A stretch of 24,000 bases of DNA from Pseudomonadota bacterium (GTDB lineage: Bacteria; Pseudomonadota; Gammaproteobacteria; Burkholderiales; Thiobacillaceae): positions 14,570 to 38,569 of the forward strand of contig JAKQCX010000011.1 of assembly GCA_029558905.1 (NCBI GenBank). Reading direction: 5' to 3'. The notes under the pieces are model-generated. The model was given only the letters and a program-made list of their open reading frames with translations, was not told where the DNA came from and searched no databases. A program made the position numbers and the translations under genes. Shown piece after piece: positions 17,916 to 24,000 of the stretch. Position 1 is the first letter of the stretch, and every line of letters begins with the position of its first letter.

Positions 17916-19389
17916 GGCGCCAGCAGGGCCGGGCCCGCATCCAGGCTGCCCAGGCCTTTTCGGCCTTGCCATCGCTTTTCCGGGTCGCCAGCAGGCCCGC
18001 CAGGCGTCCGGCATCGAAGCGGATGGCGGGGGCGGCGTGGCGCATCCCCTCCAGCAGCTGTGCGGCCATCACCCGATCCCGTTCGGCTCCCAGGCGGTTT
18101 TGCAGACGTCCGAGCTTGTCGAGGAAATCATCCGTGCTTGCCTGCGTTTTCTCAAACACGGGCCGCAGCACGTCCGCGATATAGCGCAGGCGCTTGGCGG
18201 CGATACGCAAGCGGTGCCGCCGCGCCCCGTCCAGGCCAGCGAAGTCCCTGCCCCGCTTGCGCAGCGCGCGCCAGCGTGTCTCCAGACAGGCCGCCGCCCA
18301 AACCTCCAGGGGGGCGGCGTCTTCTCGGACCTCCAGCAGGTCCCGGCCGATCTCCAGCACCAGACGGGTGAAGGCGCCATCCGCCACGGCGCCCTGGGCC
18401 CGGCGCCGGGCCGTGTCCGCCATCCTTGCGCAGTGGCGATGCAGCGCCGGGGGCAGGGCGGGCGCTCCCAGGCGGGTGGACAGACGGGGCAGGGTCTCCT
18501 GCAGGAACACATCCCAGTCCCGGGCCGCGTTGAGCGTGCTCATGAGGGCCTTCAGGTCCCGATCCCAGGCCGGAGTGACCGCACCGAGGTCTTTTGCCAG
18601 ATCGGCCACACCGCGCAGGCGGCGCAGGCCCACCCGCAGCTGGTGCAGGTAGCCGATGTCCTGGGGCCGGCCCAGGAAACCCGGCACATTGCCCACCATC
18701 TGGGCCAGACCCACTCCCGCCAGCAGGGGCCAGGCCTGACCGGCGGTCAACGCCTGATCCAGCACGGGGACCATGGCCTGCACGGGTCCGGGCACGAACA
18801 CCCCGGCCAGGGCATAGCCCCGGGCCGCCTTGCTGCGCGGCTCCACACCCATGGGTACATGTGCCAGCAGGGTCAGGGCCAGGTCGAACAAGGCCCGCGG
18901 CGGACCGGAACGCAATTCGATCTCCAGCTCCGCCAGGGGCACACCCTGCCCATCGGCCCGGATCTCCCCGCGATCCAGGGCCACCTCCATGACCGTTTCC
19001 CGCAGGTGCACCACCCAGGCGGTACGACGAAAATCGGTGACGAAGACCGGACCGATGCGCGACATGTCCAGGCCCTGGAGCAGATCCAGGGCCTGCGGGG
19101 GAAAGCGGCTCAGGTCATGGCTGCCGCCAGGCAGGGGCATCTCCCACTCCGCACGTTGCGTCAGGGCCCCCACGGAGATGGCCTCCGCCTTCAGGGTCTG
19201 CAGCCAGCGCCGCCCCGCACGCCGCACACGCAAGGTGATGCCCCGTCGCTGCAGATCCCGTTCCGGTGTGTCCAGATAGATGCTGTACAGGCGGCGGGAC
19301 ACGGGCCGGCCTGCTGCCAGCAGGGGGTGCCGGCGCAGGCGCGCGATCTGACCCGGCCGCAGGGAGAGCTTGAGCTCGATTTCGTTCAT
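17899..19389 (-). CDS. CYTH (triphosphate tunnel metalloenzyme) - CHAD domain protein
   Basis: The ATG at 19389 gives MNEIELKLSL, the ExExK signature of CYTH, followed by ...LAELEIELRSG. The C-terminal roughly 280 aa is helical and Arg/His-rich, consistent with CHAD (RLRIAAKRLRYIADVLRPVF). The 176 upstream codons in the ORF track overlap ppk antisense and are not credible. Confidence 0.85.
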   Translation of the reverse strand: MNEIELKLSLRPGQIARLRRHPLLAAGRPVSRRLYSIYLDTPERDLQRRGITLRVRRAGRRWLQTLKAEAISVGALTQRAEWEMPLPGGSHDLSRFPPQALDLLQGLDMSRIGPVFVTDFRRTAWVVHLRETVMEVALDRGEIRADGQGVPLAELEIELRSGPPRALFDLALTLLAHVPMGVEPRSKAARGYALAGVFVPGPVQAMVPVLDQALTAGQAWPLLAGVGLAQMVGNVPGFLGRPQDIGYLHQLRVGLRRLRGVADLAKDLGAVTPAWDRDLKALMSTLNAARDWDVFLQETLPRLSTRLGAPALPPALHRHCARMADTARRRAQGAVADGAFTRLVLEIGRDLLEVREDAAPLEVWAAACLETRWRALRKRGRDFAGLDGARRHRLRIAAKRLRYIADVLRPVFEKTQASTDDFLDKLGRLQNRLGAERDRVMAAQLLEGMRHAAPAIRFDAGRLAGLLATRKSDGKAEKAWAAWMRARPCWRLRTRR

Positions 19390-19464
19390 GGCGGTGCAAT
19401 GGATGGAAGCAGGGTTTGACGTTAGCATCCCCCGGACCTGCCTGTATCCCGCTCGGCCGCCACC

Positions 19465-21534
19465 ATGAGCCTGACCCTGCCTGCCCCGGAACACCTGATC
19501 AACCGCGAGCTGGGTATCCTGGAATTCAACCGCCGGGTCCTGGCCCAGGCCGAGGACCGGCACACCCCCCTGCTGGAGCGCCTGCGCTTTCTGTGCATCT
19601 TCTCCAGCAACATGGACGAGTTCTTCGAGATCCGGGTGGCGGGACTGAAGGAGCAGCGGCTGCTCAATCCGGGCATGAAGGGGCCCGATGGCCTGTCCGT
19701 ACGCCAGACCTATGAACGGGTATCGCAAACCGCGCATGCCCTGGTGACACGCCAGTACGAACTGCTGAACCGTTCCGTGCTGCCCGCGCTGGCCATGGAG
19801 GACATCCGCTTCCTGCGCCGCACGCACTGGAACGCAGCGCAGGCGGAGTGGATACGGGACTACTTCTTCCGTGAACTGATGCCGGTGCTCACCCCCATCG
19901 GTCTGGATCCGGCCCATCCCTTCCCACGGGTGCTGAACAAGAGCCTGAACTTCGCCGTCGAGCTATCGGGCAAGGACGCCTTCGGGCGCAACTCCGGACG
20001 CGCCGTGGTGCAGGCCCCGCGCAGCCTGCCCCGGGTCATCCAGCTGCCGGCCGGGCTGGCGGGATGTGAATACGGTTTCGTGTTCCTGTCCTCGATCCTG
20101 CATGCCCATGTGGGGGAGTTGTTCGCCGGCATGGAGGTGGAGGGTTGCTACCAGTTCCGGGTGACCCGCAACTCCGATCTGTTCGTGGACGACGAGGAGA
20201 ACAAGAACCTGCGCGAACAGCTCCAGGGGGAACTGCCGCATCGCCATTTCGGCGATGCCGTGCGCCTGGAGGTGGCAGACAGTTGCCCGCCACGCATGAC
20301 CGCCTTCCTGCTGGGTCAGTTCGGTCTGCAGCCGGAGGAGCTCTACCAGGTGCAAGGTCCGGTGAACCTGGTGCGTCTCATGCAGGTCCCGGAGCGGGTG
20401 GAGCGCGCGGACCTGAAGTTTCCGGCCTTCATCCAGGGCACGCCGGCGGCCCTGGTCCGACGTCCGGACATCTTCCAGGCCATCGGCAAGGGTGACATCC
20501 TGCTGCATCACCCCTTCCAGAGCTTCCAGCCGGTGATCGAATTCATCCGCCAGGCAGCGGAAGATCCGCATGTGCTGGCCATCCGCCAGACCGTATACCG
20601 CACCGGCACCGACTCGGAGCTCATGCGCCAGCTCATCAAGGCGGCGCAGCGCCGCAAGGAGGTGACGGTGGTGGTGGAACTGCTGGCCCGCTTCGACGAG
20701 GAGGCCAACATCAACTGGGCGCAGAAGCTGGAAGAGGCGGGCGCGCACGTGGTGTATGGCGTGGTGGGCTACAAGACGCACGCCAAGATGGCCCTGGTGG
20801 TGCGCCGTGAAGCGGATGGGCTCAAGCGCTATTGTCACCTGGGCACGGGCAACTACCACGCCCGCACCGCCCGGCTGTACACCGATTTTGGACTGCTCAC
20901 CTGCCGGCGGGAGCTGTGCCAGGACGTAGCCGACGTGTTTCAGCAGATCACCGGTCTGGGGGGCGCGGGGGTGCACAGCCATCTGCTGCAATCCCCCTTT
21001 ACCCTGCACACGCACATGATCCGGGCCATCCAGCGGGAAACCGCGCGGGCAAAAGCCGGGGAAAAGGCCATCATCGTCGCGAAGATGAACGCCCTGCTGG
21101 AGCCCCGGATCATCGCCGCGCTATACGAGGCCTCGCAGGCCGGGGTGCGCATCGAGCTCATCGTGCGCGGCGTATGCGCCCTGCGCCCGGGCCTGCCCGG
21201 AGTATCGGACCACATCCGCGTGCGCTCCGTCATCGGCCGCTTCCTGGAGCACCACAGGGTGTTCTATTTCTGGAACGGCGGCGTGGAAGACGTCCTGCTG
21301 GCCAGTGCCGACTGGATGGACCGCAACTTCTTCCGCCGCATCGAGGTGGGCTTCCCCGTGCTGGACTCCAGGGTGAAGAAACGGGTCATCCATGAAGGCA
21401 TCAAGCCCTATCTCAAGGACAACGTCCTGGCCTGGGAGATGCAGCCCGACGGCAGCTACAGGAAGCCTCCACGCCGTGGCCGCGGCTTCAATGCCCAGAC
21501 CCACTTGCTGAGTCTGTTGCGCGGCAAGTCCTGA
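19465..21534 (+). CDS. ppk: Polyphosphate kinase 1
   Basis: 689 aa. The N-terminus INRELGILEFNRRVLAQAED...LERLRFLCIFSSNMDEFFEIRVAGL is classic PPK1. It continues full length with the two PLD-like C-terminal domains (GYKTHAKMALVVRRE, HLGTGNYH, IGRFLEHHRVFYF). Confidence 0.97.
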   Translation: MSLTLPAPEHLINRELGILEFNRRVLAQAEDRHTPLLERLRFLCIFSSNMDEFFEIRVAGLKEQRLLNPGMKGPDGLSVRQTYERVSQTAHALVTRQYELLNRSVLPALAMEDIRFLRRTHWNAAQAEWIRDYFFRELMPVLTPIGLDPAHPFPRVLNKSLNFAVELSGKDAFGRNSGRAVVQAPRSLPRVIQLPAGLAGCEYGFVFLSSILHAHVGELFAGMEVEGCYQFRVTRNSDLFVDDEENKNLREQLQGELPHRHFGDAVRLEVADSCPPRMTAFLLGQFGLQPEELYQVQGPVNLVRLMQVPERVERADLKFPAFIQGTPAALVRRPDIFQAIGKGDILLHHPFQSFQPVIEFIRQAAEDPHVLAIRQTVYRTGTDSELMRQLIKAAQRRKEVTVVVELLARFDEEANINWAQKLEEAGAHVVYGVVGYKTHAKMALVVRREADGLKRYCHLGTGNYHARTARLYTDFGLLTCRRELCQDVADVFQQITGLGGAGVHSHLLQSPFTLHTHMIRAIQRETARAKAGEKAIIVAKMNALLEPRIIAALYEASQAGVRIELIVRGVCALRPGLPGVSDHIRVRSVIGRFLEHHRVFYFWNGGVEDVLLASADWMDRNFFRRIEVGFPVLDSRVKKRVIHEGIKPYLKDNVLAWEMQPDGSYRKPPRRGRGFNAQTHLLSLLRGKS

Positions 21535-21581
21535 ATCCGGTCCACGCCCGACGTTCCCGGCGCGGGCCGGACATCGGTCCT

Positions 21582-22595
21582 TCAGCGCGTGGTCTGGGCC
21601 TGCCGCATGCGGCTCAGTTCGGCCTCGAGGGCACCCAGGCGGGCCTGCAGCGACTTCATCTGTCCCAGCATGGCACCCACATTGATGAACACCTCGTCTC
21701 CGGCCGGGGCGGACAGCACGCCCGCATAGCCCAGCCATGACGGCTCGTAGACCTTGACGTCGCGAAACCCGAGCTCACGCAGCACGGCCGCAGTCTCGGA
21801 GGCGCGCACCCCGCTCTGGCAGTACACCACGGTTTCCTTGTCCGGGTCGAGGCCCGCGTACAGGGCCTTGAGCTGGTCCATCGATTTCAGCGCCATGCCA
21901 TCCTTGTTCGGCACCTTCTTCGCCGCCAGCTTGGCCGGCGTATCCGGATCACGCCAGTTGTCCTCGTAGGGAATGTTCACGGCGCCGACGATATGGCCGC
22001 CACGCACCGCGCGCACGTCCTGGCCGATGAATTCCTTGGCCGTGCGCACGTCGAGGAGCTGCGCGCCACCCCGCCGCACCTGATCGATGACCTCGCCGGT
22101 CCACAGCGTTCCGACCCGCTCCGTCCCGAGCTGCAGGCTGATGGCGGGCAGCTTCGTCGGCTCCTTGCTGAGCGGCTTGCCGGCCGCCTTCCAGTCATCG
22201 ATGCCACCGTGATAGACCTTGCCGTGCGGGCCGCCGTAATACTCGAGCATGCGCGCGGCAAAATAGGCATAGGGGTCGCCCTTGCCGCCATACACGACGA
22301 CTTCGCGGTTCAGGATATCGATGCCGGCATCACCGAACAGCTTGGCCGCCGCGGCGGCTGCGGGCGGATCCTCGCGCACCGGGTCACGGAACAGATCACC
22401 CACGGCACCCAGGTTCACGGCACCGGGTATGTGTCCCTCGGCATAGTCCTTGGCCGCGCGCGCATCCCACACCACCGCGCCACGCTGTAGGGCCTGTTCC
22501 ACCCCGGCGGTATCGACGAGCAGGGAGTCGGCCGCAACGCCGGCGGATGCACCCAGGCACAGTGCGCCCAGAAAGCAAGACAGAAATCGGTTCAT
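21582..22595 (-). CDS. Periplasmic tandem-rhodanese sulfurtransferase (thiosulfate/3-mercaptopyruvate sulfurtransferase family)
   Basis: A signal peptide (MNRFLSCFLGALCLGASAGVAADS) is followed by an N-terminal rhodanese-like domain without a Cys. The C-terminal domain carries the active-site loop VVYCQSGVRAS. A roughly 35-aa amphipathic tail follows. Confidence 0.88.
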   Translation of the reverse strand: MNRFLSCFLGALCLGASAGVAADSLLVDTAGVEQALQRGAVVWDARAAKDYAEGHIPGAVNLGAVGDLFRDPVREDPPAAAAAAKLFGDAGIDILNREVVVYGGKGDPYAYFAARMLEYYGGPHGKVYHGGIDDWKAAGKPLSKEPTKLPAISLQLGTERVGTLWTGEVIDQVRRGGAQLLDVRTAKEFIGQDVRAVRGGHIVGAVNIPYEDNWRDPDTPAKLAAKKVPNKDGMALKSMDQLKALYAGLDPDKETVVYCQSGVRASETAAVLRELGFRDVKVYEPSWLGYAGVLSAPAGDEVFINVGAMLGQMKSLQARLGALEAELSRMRQAQTTR

Positions 22596-22811
22596 CGGAG
22601 GCTCCTCTCAAACAGTACAGGTCATACGTACGGGCCACGCATATCCAGAAAAATTCATCGCTGCGATGGTCCCATACCAACTTGGACCCGCGCGGGGTAT
22701 CTGTCAATGTCCACGGTTGCCGCTCGCGGAAAGGAAGGCAGCAGCGTCCGGACCCGCATTTCAGCCCCATCCGCAGCCGGCCCCGGCCACCAGTGCAGGT
22801 GAACGGAGGTC

Positions 22812-23147
22812 TCAGGATTGCGATACGGTGCGGGAGAAGACGTTGAGGACGACGACACCCGCGACGATCAGCAGCAGGCCCAGGATTGCCGGCAGGTCCA
22901 GGGCCTGGCCGAAGTAGCGCCAGGCGATCAGGGTGATCAGGGCCACCCCCACGCCGGACCAGATGGCATATGCCACACCCACCGGCATGGTCCTCAGCGT
23001 GAGAGACAAGAAATAGAATGCCGCCGCATAGCCGCCGGCGACGGCGAGCGAGGGCCCCAGGCGGGAAAATCCATCCGAGGCCTTCAACGCGGTAGTGCCG
23101 ATCACCTCGCAGACGATGGCCACGGCCAGAAAGATCCATTGCTGCAT
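22812..23147 (-). CDS. emrE: Small multidrug resistance (SMR) transporter, EmrE/Qac subtype
   Basis: AAGGAG lies 7 nt upstream of the ATG at 23147; 111 aa with 4 TM segments. Similarity to E. coli EmrE as I recall it runs almost end to end: AIVCEVIGTTALKASDGFSRL (Glu14 equivalent), PVGVAYAIWSGVGVALI, FGQALDLPAILGLLLIVAGVVVLN. Confidence 0.88.
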   Translation of the reverse strand: MQQWIFLAVAIVCEVIGTTALKASDGFSRLGPSLAVAGGYAAAFYFLSLTLRTMPVGVAYAIWSGVGVALITLIAWRYFGQALDLPAILGLLLIVAGVVVLNVFSRTVSQS

Positions 23148-23342
23148 TGCGGTACTCCTTCCTTGTGGCACGCGGTGGGAGAGCAGACAGGGCATGGCGA
23201 GCCACGCCCCGATGGCGGAACCATACGGCATACGGCCATGCCCGGCCACGCTACCGCGGCGCATGCCGCTCTTGGGCTATGCTGGGGCCTCGCCCCCTGG
23301 GCCGCACTTCACGCAAGCGCTCCCCCGTCCCCGCATCCCGCC

Positions 23343-24000
23343 ATGTCCTTCTTTCCCGCCCACCCCCTGCGTGCCCTGCGTTCCCGGGACTTCCGCATCT
23401 ACTTCGGCGGCCAGCTCATCTCCATGGCGGGCACCTGGATGCAGCAGGTGGCCATGGGCTGGCTGGCCTACAAGCTATCCGGCTCCGCCCTGGTGCTGGG
23501 CCTGCTGGGCTTCGCCAGCCAGGCGCCCATCCTGCTGTTCGGCCTGCTGGGGGGCGTGTGGGTGGACCGCATGGACCGGCGCCGGCTCATGCTGTGGACC
23601 CAGGCCCTGTCCCTGCTCCAGGCCCTGGCCCTGGCGGTGCTGACCTGGCAGGGCTGGATCACCGCGCCCCTGCTACTCGGACTGGCCTTCCTGCTGGGCT
23701 GCATCAACGCCGTGGACCTGCCGGCGCGCCAGTCCCTGCTGGTGCACCTGGTGGAGGACCGTGCCCTGCTGCCCAACGCCATCGCCCTCAATTCCATGCT
23801 GGTGAACGTGTCCCGCTTTTTGGGCCCGGCCCTGGCGGGTTTCGTCATCGCCTGGATGGGGGAGGCGGTGTGTTTTCTCTTGAACGCCCTGTCCTACCTG
23901 GCGGTGCTGCTGGCCCTGCTGGCGCTCCATGCGCGGCCCGGCGGCGATGCCTCCAAGCATCCGTTGCAGTCCCTGAAGGACGGTTTGCAGTACACCCTGG
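23343..24000 (+). CDS. MFS transporter, N-terminal part (3' end outside the window); resembles the EntS-like 'transmembrane secretion effector' MFS subfamily
   Basis: This ORF is absent from the supplied track because it runs off the window. I translated it by hand from the ATG at 23343: MSFFPAHPLRALRSRDFRIYFGGQLISMAGTWMQQVAMGWLAYKLSGSALVLGLLGFASQAPILLFGLLGGVWVDRMDRRR... It shows successive hydrophobic helices and the MFS loop motif G-x-x-x-D-R-x-D-R-R. Confidence 0.8.
   Translation, partial: MSFFPAHPLRALRSRDFRIYFGGQLISMAGTWMQQVAMGWLAYKLSGSALVLGLLGFASQAPILLFGLLGGVWVDRMDRRRLMLWTQALSLLQALALAVLTWQGWITAPLLLGLAFLLGCINAVDLPARQSLLVHLVEDRALLPNAIALNSMLVNVSRFLGPALAGFVIAWMGEAVCFLLNALSYLAVLLALLALHARPGGDASKHPLQSLKDGLQYTL

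Noticed and set aside
17061-19419. 317-aa minus-strand ORF opposite nnrD and 524-aa plus-strand ORF opposite the CYTH-CHAD gene
   Set aside because: Both are antisense to genes with clear family motifs. They have Pro/Gly/Arg/Gln-rich low-complexity products.
23166-23181. TGGCAC hexamer suggesting a sigma54 -24 element upstream of the MFS gene
   Set aside because: The -12 TTGC element is missing at the required spacing; the sequence reads TGGCAC-GCGGT-GGGA. Other TGGCAC occurrences lie inside coding regions.
23148-23342. Guanidine riboswitch (ykkC, mini-ykkC or ykkC-III) upstream of the SMR gene
   Set aside because: The pump is EmrE/Qac-like rather than SugE/Gdx-like. I found no pair of hairpins with ACGR loops closed by G-C pairs, and nothing resembling the GGGUUCCG...GGUCCGAGAG or CCGGACGAGG...GGAC cores as I recall them. 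An Rfam scan would settle this.
1-24000. CRISPR arrays, tRNA/rRNA genes, IS elements or transposases, integrases, toxin-antitoxin or defence-system genes
   Set aside because: I read through all intergenic regions (the largest are 216, 195, 156 and 140 bp) and all ORFs. I found no repeat-spacer pattern, no cloverleaf-like segments, no terminal inverted repeats and no recognisable mobile or defence protein motifs.

Overview
This is a densely coding chromosomal segment from a high-GC proteobacterium. My hand counts of 120-nt samples give about 69-72% GC in most genes. I find 18 protein genes and no tRNA/rRNA genes, CRISPR arrays, IS elements or integrases. The left third (2-7632, + strand) is the distal end of a [NiFe]-hydrogenase locus. 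It holds the 3' part of hypE, then hypX, then the H2-sensing regulatory module: hoxA (NtrC-type response regulator), hoxB/hoxC (sensor-type regulatory hydrogenase small and large subunits) and hoxJ (histidine kinase). The gene order matches what I recall for the Cupriavidus necator (Ralstonia eutropha) H16 MBH locus, and the genes are tightly translationally coupled. The remaining genes, in order, are: purT (-); a secreted LysM-FecR protein with three tandem beta-sandwich-like modules (+); a tyrosine phenol-lyase-like PLP lyase with clearly lower GC (+); purL (-); an orphan CheY-like receiver and a small acidic Cys-containing ORF (-); NAD(P)HX dehydratase (+); a CYTH-CHAD protein (-) divergent from polyphosphate kinase ppk1 (+); a periplasmic tandem rhodanese (-); an EmrE-type SMR pump (-); and the 5' part of an MFS transporter (+). 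I do not see a convincing undescribed multi-gene system here; the window looks like core chromosome. The items most worth a second look are the low-GC TPL-like gene wedged between purT and purL, the uncharacterised LysM-FecR-repeat exoprotein, the orphan receiver plus small acidic protein pair, and the structured emrE/MFS divergent intergenic region. The many very long ORFs in the supplied track that lie antisense to these genes are high-GC artefacts.
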